From Acidimicrobiaceae bacterium (GTDB lineage Bacteria > Actinomycetota > Acidimicrobiia > Actinomarinales > Actinomarinaceae), in the NCBI GenBank assembly GCA_028344675.1, contig JAOMBT010000005.1, positions 1-43,940 on the forward strand: a stretch of 43,940 nt of DNA, written 5' to 3'. Below the pieces are notes generated by a model. It was not told the origin of the DNA. It made no database searches and saw only the letters and a list, made by a program, of their open reading frames with translations. Shown piece after piece: positions 9,609 to 17,644 of this stretch; within the stretch, counting starts at the first letter, position 1, and each line of letters starts with the position of its first letter. The position numbers were made by a program, and so were the translations under genes.

Positions 9609-9988
9609 ATAATGACCAATTAGCCGACTTGGCAAAAGACATAGCCACTAAAGCATATGCACCTTATTCAAATTTTAGGGTAGGAGCAGCATTAATTACT
9701 GATTCTGGAAATGTATATACGGGATGTAATATTGAAAATGCATCATACCCAGCTTCAGTTTGTGCTGAAGATGTGGCTGTAGTAAAAGCAATATCTGAAG
9801 GTGAAGAGAAAATTAATACAATTGCTGTAGCGTGCATTGATGCAGAATCAGACACGGCCATTTTTCCATGTGGAATTTCAAGACAAAGACTTGCAGAGTT
9901 TGATACTGAATTTGTTCTAGTTGTAGACAAAACAGGTTATAAAACTTATAAATTTGAAGAGATATTGCCTTATAATTTTAAATTTTAA
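9605..9988 (+). CDS. cdd: Cytidine deaminase (tetrameric type) with atypical Zn motif
   Basis: AYAPYSNFRVGAAL, GCNIENASY, CAE and PCG..RQ motifs; the third Zn Cys is replaced by Ser. Confidence 0.85.
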   Translation: MNNDQLADLAKDIATKAYAPYSNFRVGAALITDSGNVYTGCNIENASYPASVCAEDVAVVKAISEGEEKINTIAVACIDAESDTAIFPCGISRQRLAEFDTEFVLVVDKTGYKTYKFEEILPYNFKF

Positions 9989-10902
9989 ATATTTTCATTA
10001 ATTTTAGGAATAATGTTTAATGTATCTCCAACTATTCCTAAGTCTGCAAGTTGAAATATTGGTGCTTCTTCATCTTTATTTATAGCAATAATAAACTTTG
10101 AATCCTTCATACCAACTTGATGTTGAGTTGCACCAGAGATGCCACATGCTATATATACATCAGGCTTTACAGTTTTACCAGTTTGACCTACTTGTTGAGA
10201 ATATGGCATCCAACCAGCATCAACAATAGCCCTAGTACCACCTATTGCTGCATTAAGTTTATTGGCTAAATCCTCTACAAAAGATAAATTTTCTTTTTCA
10301 ACCATACCCCTACCGGCGGATATAACAATTTTCGAATCTTCAAGCTGAGGGCCAGATTTTTCTTCTTTAAAAATGTCAAAGATTTCTACAGAAGAATCTT
10401 CTACTTCTATAGTCTGATATTCACTATTAAGTTCTATATCTATTGGATCAAATGATTTTGGTCTAATCAATAATAGAGAATGAGATGATATAATTTTTGT
10501 TTTGTAAATACTTTCCCCACCATTAATTGAGTTTGTTGTAATTACTGAATCATCTTTAATCTCAAAATTAATAACATTGGAGACTGGACTAGATGATAAA
10601 TCAACAGACAAGAATGACACAAGGTCTCTTGATTGATATGTGGATGGTGCTAACAATAGTGAAATATTTTCTTCTTGAATAATTTGTGAAAGTTTATCTG
10701 CAATATTACTGAATTGGAGTGATTCAGAACTTCTTTTAATATAAGTCTGTTGAAACGTACTAGATCCAATAACGGGTGCATCTGAGCTTCCAACTGTTAC
10801 AACTCTGAAATCTAATCCTAAAGCATTTGCTTTGCTGACGATTTCTAATGTACCTGAACTTAATTTATTATCAATTACTTCACCAAGTATTAGTGTTTTC
10901 AT
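9985..10902 (-). CDS. etfA: Electron transfer flavoprotein alpha subunit
   Basis: ISAGRG, GGTRAIVDAGW, QVGQTGKTVKP, ACGISGATQHQVGM and AINKDEEAPIF motifs. Confidence 0.96.
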   Translation of the reverse strand: MKTLILGEVIDNKLSSGTLEIVSKANALGLDFRVVTVGSSDAPVIGSSTFQQTYIKRSSESLQFSNIADKLSQIIQEENISLLLAPSTYQSRDLVSFLSVDLSSSPVSNVINFEIKDDSVITTNSINGGESIYKTKIISSHSLLLIRPKSFDPIDIELNSEYQTIEVEDSSVEIFDIFKEEKSGPQLEDSKIVISAGRGMVEKENLSFVEDLANKLNAAIGGTRAIVDAGWMPYSQQVGQTGKTVKPDVYIACGISGATQHQVGMKDSKFIIAINKDEEAPIFQLADLGIVGDTLNIIPKINENI

Positions 10903-11648
10903 ATTACTTTAAGCTCTTTTAATTTTTCAATAACAACTTGGTAGGCTTCACCTTCATCAATAATTTTTTCACCATTTTTGTTATTTTCTAGTTTTTCAAT
11001 ATCTAAAAACTCCAAATTTTGCGAAGCATTCATACTTAAGGAAGCCAACTCAACTTTTTCAACAGTTTTTTGTTTAGCTGCCATAATATCTTTAAAATTT
11101 GGGTATCGAGGCTCAACACCACCTGCAGTAACAGAAAGTACACATTTTTCAGGCATTACTACTTTCTCAGAGCCTTCCAAGGTTTGTCTTGTTAAGGTTA
11201 CATTTTCAGATATTTCAATACCTTTTATGTAAGAAATACAATCAAGTTTTAAAAATCTAGCGACTTGTTGCGGTACAGTTCCTGTATATCCATCAGTTGA
11301 TTCAGTTCCAAAAATTACAATATCTGCATTAGTAGTTTTTGCAAGTTCACTTAGTATGCTTGCAGTCATTAGAGAATTTGCTCCTCTCAAGGAATCATCA
11401 TCTACATAAAGAGTTTTATCAGCACCCATCTGTAGTGCTTGCTGTAATCCCTTTTGAGTTCCAGCAGGTCCCATAGAGATAACAGTGACCTCAGCATCAT
11501 ATTTTTCTTTAAGTTGAAGTGCTATTTCAATACCGTATCTGTCTGTATCATCAAGAACTTGCTCTTCAGGTCTTGAAATAAGGCCATTGTCATATGTGAT
11601 TTCATTTGCTGGATCTGGTATTTGTTTAGCGCATACGGTGATGTTCAT
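10899..11648 (-). CDS. etfB: Electron transfer flavoprotein beta subunit
   Basis: VCAKQIPD, SMGP, ALQMGAD, GTESTDGYTG and PRYP motifs; 4-nt overlap with etfA. Confidence 0.95.
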   Translation of the reverse strand: MNITVCAKQIPDPANEITYDNGLISRPEEQVLDDTDRYGIEIALQLKEKYDAEVTVISMGPAGTQKGLQQALQMGADKTLYVDDDSLRGANSLMTASILSELAKTTNADIVIFGTESTDGYTGTVPQQVARFLKLDCISYIKGIEISENVTLTRQTLEGSEKVVMPEKCVLSVTAGGVEPRYPNFKDIMAAKQKTVEKVELASLSMNASQNLEFLDIEKLENNKNGEKIIDEGEAYQVVIEKLKELKVI

Positions 11649-11654
11649 AGATAT

Positions 11655-11660
11655 ATATTA
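11655..11660 (-). promoter_or_regulatory. Candidate -10 element (TAATAT) of a leaderless etfB transcript
   Basis: TANNNT 6 nt before the ATG with no SD; chance occurrence is possible in AT-rich DNA. Confidence 0.4.
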
Positions 11661-11667
11661 ATTAATT

Positions 11668-12495
11668 TCAATTATTACTGATATTAATTTGGGATAAAAA
11701 TTCTTTCATAAATGTTTGTAATTTGACTTTAGAAAGTTCAGCAATTTCAATTACTTCATTATGATCTAGTGGACTGTCACTTATCCCAGCGGCTAAATTT
11801 GTAACGAGCGAAAAAGCACTTACATTCATACCGGCATGTTTTGCCACTATAGCTTCAGGAACTGTAGACATTCCAACTAAATCGGCTCCAATTTTTTTTG
11901 CAAAACTTACTTCAGCAGGAGTTTCATATGTTGGTCCGGTAAACCAAGCATATATTCCAGTTTTAAATTCAAAATGATTTTGTGCGATAGATTCTGCTAT
12001 TTGGAGAAAGTGTTTGGAATAAACTTCTGACATATCAGGAAATCTTGGACCAAAATCATCTAAATTTTTTCCTATTAGTGGGTTATCACCTGTTAAATTA
12101 ATATGGTCAATTATTGAGACAATATCGCCTGGATTATAATTTGATGAAATACCTCCTGCAGCATTTGTTAGTATTAAATTTGTAGCACCCAATAAAGAAA
12201 ATGTTCTCACTGGAATAACTAATTCTTGAATGGGATAACCTTCGTAATAGTGAGCTCTACCGGATAAAATAGCTGTAAATTTACTTTCTATTTCTACGAT
12301 ACTTAATGTACCTGAGTGGCCCTCGATTGATGGTTGTAGAAAATTAGGAATATCAGAATAGCTGACTTGATGTATTATTTCATAATTCTCCTCAAATCCA
12401 CTCATTCCAGATCCGAGAATAATTACAGTGTGAATTTCTTTATTAGAAGTTAATTTATTAATAAAATTTTTTGCTTCAATTATTTTATCTAACAT
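11668..12495 (-). CDS. punA: Purine nucleoside phosphorylase (trimeric type)
   Basis: ILGSG, GHSG, GRAHYYEG, TNAAGG, DHIN, GPTYETPAE, VGMSTVPE and VTNLAAG motifs. Confidence 0.95.
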   Translation of the reverse strand: MLDKIIEAKNFINKLTSNKEIHTVIILGSGMSGFEENYEIIHQVSYSDIPNFLQPSIEGHSGTLSIVEIESKFTAILSGRAHYYEGYPIQELVIPVRTFSLLGATNLILTNAAGGISSNYNPGDIVSIIDHINLTGDNPLIGKNLDDFGPRFPDMSEVYSKHFLQIAESIAQNHFEFKTGIYAWFTGPTYETPAEVSFAKKIGADLVGMSTVPEAIVAKHAGMNVSAFSLVTNLAAGISDSPLDHNEVIEIAELSKVKLQTFMKEFLSQINISNN

Positions 12496-12515
12496 TTAAT
12501 AAGTAGGTTAATAAC

Positions 12516-13667
12516 TTAAATATCATTTAAAAAGCTATTACCTGGAAAAATATTTTCTAATCCAAAATAATTTGAAATAGATGAAGCTACATTATGAAAA
12601 CCTGTTAGGTCACCAATATATTTAGCCTTACAATTTTTTTTATAAGCAACCATAGGAACAAATTCTCTTGAATGATCTGTTTTTCCATCTGTTGGATCCG
12701 TACCATGATCGCCAGTAAATATAATCAAATCGTCATCACGAAGTTCATTTAAAATTTCCCCAATTCCTTCATCTATTATCTGAAGTCCTTTGTAATATCC
12801 ATCTGGGTCTTCTCTATGTCCATAGAGCATGTCAAGGTCAACTAAGTTTACAAATATAAATTGATGAGTTCCATTTTTAATTTCTTCAAGAAGATAATTC
12901 AATCCGTTCTTATCTCCTTCAGTGTGTACATAATTTGATAAAAATTCTGTTCCAAATAAATCAGTAATTTTGCCTATTCCATAAGTTTTAATTTTATTTT
13001 TATGAAGAAGGCTAAGAATAGTTTCACCTGGGGGAGCCATGCCGAAATCTTTTCTGTCATATGTTCTTGTAAAGCTACCTTCATCACCAATAAACGGTCT
13101 TGCGATAACTCTTCCTATATTGTATTGATTACAATATTTTCTTGAAATTTTACAGATTTCATAAAGTTTTTCAATACTGCAAACTTTATTATGAGCAGCT
13201 ATCTGAAAAACTGAATCTCCAGATGTATATAAAATTAGATCCCCTGTTTCTAAATGTTGATTGCCAAGCTCTTCAATAATTTCAGTTCCAGATGCGTGCC
13301 TGTTCCCAATAAACTGACAGTTTGCTTCTTTTTCAATATTCTGGATTAGATCTTTAGGAAACCCATTTTCAAAGATTTTAAATTCAGTTTTTGTAGTTAA
13401 TCCAGCTAATTCCCAGTGACCTGTAGTTGAATCGTTACCTACTGAGTCTTCTGAAAGCCTACCTACTGTAGCGATACCTGTATCATTCATGTTTAGAACA
13501 TTTGTAATTTTTCCAAATCCAAGTTTTTCCATATTCGGTAAATTTACACCACCAACTGCTTTAGACACATTAGCTAAAGTATTGGAACCTAAATCCCCAT
13601 ATAATGCTGCATCTGGAGCTTCTCCAACACCTAAAGAATCAATAACAACTAGAAAACAACGCTTCAT
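12516..13667 (-). CDS. deoB: Phosphopentomutase
   Basis: DSLGVGEAPDA, DSTTGHWE, YTSGDSVFQIAAH, GRVIARPF, NLVDLD..YGHR, GDHGTDPT and DHSRE motifs. Confidence 0.96.
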   Translation of the reverse strand: MKRCFLVVIDSLGVGEAPDAALYGDLGSNTLANVSKAVGGVNLPNMEKLGFGKITNVLNMNDTGIATVGRLSEDSVGNDSTTGHWELAGLTTKTEFKIFENGFPKDLIQNIEKEANCQFIGNRHASGTEIIEELGNQHLETGDLILYTSGDSVFQIAAHNKVCSIEKLYEICKISRKYCNQYNIGRVIARPFIGDEGSFTRTYDRKDFGMAPPGETILSLLHKNKIKTYGIGKITDLFGTEFLSNYVHTEGDKNGLNYLLEEIKNGTHQFIFVNLVDLDMLYGHREDPDGYYKGLQIIDEGIGEILNELRDDDLIIFTGDHGTDPTDGKTDHSREFVPMVAYKKNCKAKYIGDLTGFHNVASSISNYFGLENIFPGNSFLNDI

Positions 13668-14287
13668 TAAATTGTACCGAAAAGTCTATCTCCCATATCT
13701 CCTAATCCAGGGACTATGTACCAATTTTCATTTAATTTTTCATCTATATTTCCAGTAACAAGAGTCACATCAGGATGAGTTTCTTCTAACATTTTTATAC
13801 CCTCTGGGGCTGAGATTACAGTCAAGGCGATAATATTTTTAGGCGATGATTCTTTTACTTTGTCAATAGCAAACGATAGTGAACCCCCTGTTGCAAGCAT
13901 AGGTTCTAGTATGAAAACATTCTTATTTTCTAGATTAGGAAGATTTTCATAATAATATTCTGGTTCAGCTGTTTCTTCATTTCTTTGAACTCCTATATAT
14001 CCAAACGCAACATTGGGTATTAAATCTTTTACCCCATCTACTAGTCCAAGCCCAGCACGAAGAACTGAAACAGCTACATTCTCATTTTCAATTTCATAAC
14101 CTTCAGTTTTTGTTATAGGTGTTTCAACTTCTTTGTTTAAAAGTGAAATATTTTTAGACCCTTCTAGGATTAATAAATATGAAAGTTTAGATGCGTAAGT
14201 TCTGAAATCTTCAACTGTAGTATTTTTGTCTCTCAATATAGTTAAATAATGATTTTTTAATGGATGTGATAATTCTATTACTTGCAT
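13667..14287 (-). CDS. upp: Uracil phosphoribosyltransferase
   Basis: HPL..H, VLRAGLG, EPMLATGGS and YIVPGLGDMGDRLFGT motifs; TAATG overlap with deoB. Confidence 0.97.
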   Translation of the reverse strand: MQVIELSHPLKNHYLTILRDKNTTVEDFRTYASKLSYLLILEGSKNISLLNKEVETPITKTEGYEIENENVAVSVLRAGLGLVDGVKDLIPNVAFGYIGVQRNEETAEPEYYYENLPNLENKNVFILEPMLATGGSLSFAIDKVKESSPKNIIALTVISAPEGIKMLEETHPDVTLVTGNIDEKLNENWYIVPGLGDMGDRLFGTI

Positions 14288-14294
14288 CAGATTC

Positions 14295-14300
14295 AGATTA
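14295..14300 (-). promoter_or_regulatory. Candidate -10 element (TAATCT) of a leaderless upp transcript
   Basis: TANNNT 7 nt before the ATG with no SD. Confidence 0.45.
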
Positions 14301-14414
14301 GCAAAACATTAAATCTTTTCTAGTTATTTTTCTTAAGAAGTTAATCTAATAAATATACATTTTATGTTTTACATCATGTAATATTATGTATTGCTATTTA
14401 AATAAAGGAAACAA

Positions 14415-14816
14415 ATGCCTGTAAAAATAAGGCTTGCACAAAGAGGTAAGAAAAAAACTAGGACTTATAGAGTTGTTGTTGCTGATTCTCGCTCTCCTAG
14501 AGATGGTCGTTTTATCGAAGATTTAGGCTACTATGACCCACACCACAATCCTTCAAAAGTTGAAATAGATGTAGATAAAGCAGTATCTTGGCTGGATAAG
14601 GGTGCACAACCATCTGAAAGAGCTCAGAAATTATTAGAAATATCTGGAGCTTGGGCACAATGGAGATCTTCAAAAGGGGAAGTTGTATCTATACCAACAC
14701 CACCTGATGAAAAGATTAAAAGTAGTTCTAAAGCAAATAAAAAGAAACAAGATTCATTAGAAGTTTCAGAGGCAGAATCTTCTAATGAAGAATCGTCAGA
14801 AAAGGAAGAAGAGTAA
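14415..14816 (+). CDS. rpsP: 30S ribosomal protein S16 with acidic C-terminal tail
   Basis: VKIRLAQRGKKK, YRVVVADSRSPRDGRFIE and GAQPSE motifs; SD AAGGA. Confidence 0.98.
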   Translation: MPVKIRLAQRGKKKTRTYRVVVADSRSPRDGRFIEDLGYYDPHHNPSKVEIDVDKAVSWLDKGAQPSERAQKLLEISGAWAQWRSSKGEVVSIPTPPDEKIKSSSKANKKKQDSLEVSEAESSNEESSEKEEE

Positions 14817-14819
14817 ATT

Positions 14820-15071
14820 ATGGCTTCAGGTTCCATTGTAAAAAATGTTGTAGAATATATTGTTTCTCAGATTGTAGAAGATCCTAAGTCTGTAAAAGTA
14901 GATATTGCAGATTCTGATGATGAAAATGTATCAATTGAAGTTAGAACTTCCCCTGATGACATGGGTAGAGTCATTGGTAAGCGTGGAAGAGTAGCACGTG
15001 CGATTCGCACCGTAGCTCAAGCAGCTGCAGATGAAGAAGGACTGCAATCTAGCGTCGAATTTATTGACTAA
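14820..15071 (+). CDS. khpA: KH-domain RNA-binding protein KhpA (UPF0109)
   Basis: DMGRVIGKRGRVARAIRTV motif; canonical position after rpsP. Confidence 0.92.
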   Translation: MASGSIVKNVVEYIVSQIVEDPKSVKVDIADSDDENVSIEVRTSPDDMGRVIGKRGRVARAIRTVAQAAADEEGLQSSVEFID

Positions 15072-15546
15072 CAATAACCTTTTTTATGTTGGTAAATTAG
15101 GAAAACCCCATTCTCTTAAAGGATTCCAATATATAAATATTGATATATTTTTTAGAAATCATAATCTTGATGATATTGAATTAAAGGTTGGAAAAGATTA
15201 TCTAATTGTTGAAGATTTTAAGAATCATTTAAAAGATAGAAATTTAATAAAATTTACAAATTTTGACACTATAGAGTCTATACAAAATCTAAGAGATTCA
15301 GATGTATCTATTTCAAAAGATCTAGTTGATACATTTATTAATGAATTCAATCTTCCGTGGCCAGGTTTTTTTAAGGGATTGGAAATAACTAATGATGGAA
15401 TGGTTTTAAAGAGTGTCCAATATTTAAATAAGATGATTTTCTGCAATGTTGATGGAATAAAAGATTTTCTTGTTCCTTATAACGACAACTATTTTTACTA
15501 TAACAATGGAAATTTAGAACTGATCAACGATAGCTTAACTACATAA
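15064..15546 (+). CDS. rimM: 16S rRNA processing protein RimM, diverged
   Basis: VGKLGKPHSLKG N-terminal motif, KDRNLIKF, C-terminal LVPY, and synteny. Start re-called to the in-frame TTG at 15064 overlapping the khpA stop. Confidence 0.75.
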   Translation: MTNNNLFYVGKLGKPHSLKGFQYINIDIFFRNHNLDDIELKVGKDYLIVEDFKNHLKDRNLIKFTNFDTIESIQNLRDSDVSISKDLVDTFINEFNLPWPGFFKGLEITNDGMVLKSVQYLNKMIFCNVDGIKDFLVPYNDNYFYYNNGNLELINDSLTT

Positions 15547-16236
15547 CCATTCAAATATTAACTTACTATATTTGTCATCTACCATATTTTCAGGATGCCA
15601 TTGAATTCCAATTGCTTCCCACTGATTAGTTGTTTCAATACCTTCTATTACTCCATCTGATGATTTGGCAGTAATTTTTAGGTCTTTACCCAGTAAATCA
15701 ATTCCTTGATGATGAATAGAATTAACACTTATTGTTGTTTTTTGAAATAAAGAATATAACTTTGAATCATTATAAATTTCAATATCATGAATGTGTGACC
15801 TTGCATCTTCGAAAGGTTTATCATGCTTTATATCTGTAAATCCAGCATCATTTAAATCCTGATACAGTGTGCCTTTTTTGTATACATTTAATAATTGGTT
15901 TCCTCTGCAAATTGCTAAAGTTTTAATATTGTTTTTTTCAGCAGATTTAAGTAGGCCTAACTCAGTTAAATCTCGTTGATCAGAAATTCTTGTCGTTTTA
16001 TCATTTATATCTTGTCCGTATACATTAGGATTTATATCTCCACCACCAGATATAATTAGGCCATCAAATTTTGAAATATTAATATTATCTAAATCTTGTG
16101 GGCCAACAATTACAGCTGTGCTTCCGTATTTATTACACAGTTTTACAAAATCATTATTTATTACTACACAGGGAATATTTCCAGGAGCCATATCGACATT
16201 TTTAGTTCCTGTAGAAATTGCAATTAACTTATTCAT
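15535..16236 (-). CDS. Peptidase C26 / gamma-glutamyl-gamma-aminobutyrate hydrolase (PuuD-like) family
   Basis: DGLIISGGGDINP, AICRG (nucleophile Cys), VNSIHHQGI and IQWHPE (His-Glu) motifs. Confidence 0.88.
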   Translation of the reverse strand: MNKLIAISTGTKNVDMAPGNIPCVVINNDFVKLCNKYGSTAVIVGPQDLDNINISKFDGLIISGGGDINPNVYGQDINDKTTRISDQRDLTELGLLKSAEKNNIKTLAICRGNQLLNVYKKGTLYQDLNDAGFTDIKHDKPFEDARSHIHDIEIYNDSKLYSLFQKTTISVNSIHHQGIDLLGKDLKITAKSSDGVIEGIETTNQWEAIGIQWHPENMVDDKYSKLIFEWLCS

Positions 16237-16645
16237 AACTAAATATGCACTGAACCTCTACACAAACATTTAGAGGAAGACTCTTAACACCTACTGCTGA
16301 TCTTGTTGCCTTCTCACTAAAAAATTCAGCTAAAGTATCAGTAAATCCATTTAGCACCTTCGCATGATCTACAAAAGAATCATCAGCGTTAACAAATCCT
16401 ACAACATTTACTGGTTGAAGATTATTTATATCAGTATGTGACTTAAGTGTTGCAATAGTTAATTTAGCACATAAAGCAGATGCTGCATATGCATCTGTAA
16501 TAGAGATTTCACTTGGAACTTTTCCTATAAATTTTTGATTTCCAGTAATAGGTATATGTCCTGAAGTAAATATAAGATTCCCAACTCTTTTATATGTCAC
16601 ATAGTTGCCTATTGCTTGAGGAGCTGTTGGAAAGTCATTCTCCAT
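16229..16645 (-). CDS. Rid (RidA/YjgF/UK114) family protein
   Basis: GNYV, IFTSGHIP, TRSAVGVKSLPLNVCVEV motifs, including the conserved Arg. Confidence 0.88.
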   Translation of the reverse strand: MENDFPTAPQAIGNYVTYKRVGNLIFTSGHIPITGNQKFIGKVPSEISITDAYAASALCAKLTIATLKSHTDINNLQPVNVVGFVNADDSFVDHAKVLNGFTDTLAEFFSEKATRSAVGVKSLPLNVCVEVQCIFSYE

Positions 16646-17642
16646 TTTTAAGAAGTTCCTTGATTAGGTCAACTACTCTATTTGAGTATCCCCATTCATT
16701 GTCGTACCAACACACAACTTTTAAATGGTTATTTTCTAAAAGTTGAGTTGATGAAGCATCGTATATACTTGAATGTGGATTATTGAGTATGTCAGTTGAT
16801 ACAAGTGGAATATCTGAGTACTCCAAAATACCTTTTAGTTCATTTTCTGAAGCATTTCTGATAGCAGCATTAACTTCTTCAATGGTTACATCTTTCTCAA
16901 GCTCAACAACTAAATCAACAACACTACCGTTGGGTACAGGAACTCTCATAGCCATTCCATCAAGTTTTCCATTTAATTCAGGGAGAACCATGCCCACTGC
17001 CTTAGCTGCACCTGTTGACGTAGGAATAATATTTTGGGTAGCACTTCTACCTCTTCTAAAGTCACTGTGAGTTGTTTCGGCTAGTGCTTGATCATTAGTG
17101 TAAGCATGAATAGTAGTCATTAAACCTGATCTAATAACAAAATTATCATTAAGAACTTTAGCAATTGGTGCTAAACAATTTGTAGTACAGGAAGCATTGG
17201 ATACAATTTTATGATCACTATTTAAGTCATCATTGTTTACTCCAAGAACAATTGTTGCATCTATCTCATCTTTAGGTGGAACTGTAAGCAGGACCTTTTT
17301 AGCTCCAGCTTTGATATGCATATTTAATGATTCACTATCTCTAAATATCCCAGTAGATTCAATCACTACATCTACATTGTGTTCTTTCCACGGTAAATCT
17401 TTTGGATTTTTAATTGAGATTAGATCGATAGTTCTCTCATTAACTTTTAATTTATTACCGTCCAATGACACATCAGCATCCAAAACTCCCATGACGGAAT
17501 CATGTTTTAGTAAATAAGCTAAATTTTCATAGTTACCTAGGTCATTAATTGCTACAACATTTAACGGAGAATTACTTTCAATTATAATTCTCAATATTGA
17601 CCTACCGATTCTTCCGAATCCATTAATCGCTATATTTCCCAT
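16635..17642 (-). CDS. gap: Type I glyceraldehyde-3-phosphate dehydrogenase, catalytically intact
   Basis: INGFGRIGR, SNASCTTNCLAP, TTIHAYT, TSTGAA, AMRVP and WYDNEWGY motifs. Start re-called to ATG 17642 behind a GGAG SD. Confidence 0.97.
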   Translation of the reverse strand: MGNIAINGFGRIGRSILRIIIESNSPLNVVAINDLGNYENLAYLLKHDSVMGVLDADVSLDGNKLKVNERTIDLISIKNPKDLPWKEHNVDVVIESTGIFRDSESLNMHIKAGAKKVLLTVPPKDEIDATIVLGVNNDDLNSDHKIVSNASCTTNCLAPIAKVLNDNFVIRSGLMTTIHAYTNDQALAETTHSDFRRGRSATQNIIPTSTGAAKAVGMVLPELNGKLDGMAMRVPVPNGSVVDLVVELEKDVTIEEVNAAIRNASENELKGILEYSDIPLVSTDILNNPHSSIYDASSTQLLENNHLKVVCWYDNEWGYSNRVVDLIKELLKNGE

Positions 17643-17644
17643 AC

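Noticed and set aside
14368-14396. dif-like sequence ACATCA-TGTAATA-TTATGT in the upp-rpsP gap
   Set aside because: The spacer is 7 rather than 6 bp, the XerD arm (TTATGTTAAAT) is not matched, and the site sits in an AT-rich divergent promoter region.
14680-14816. Low-complexity acidic tail of S16 as a repeat or fusion
   Set aside because: Long charged C-terminal tails are common in actinobacterial S16, and there is no nucleotide-level repeat.
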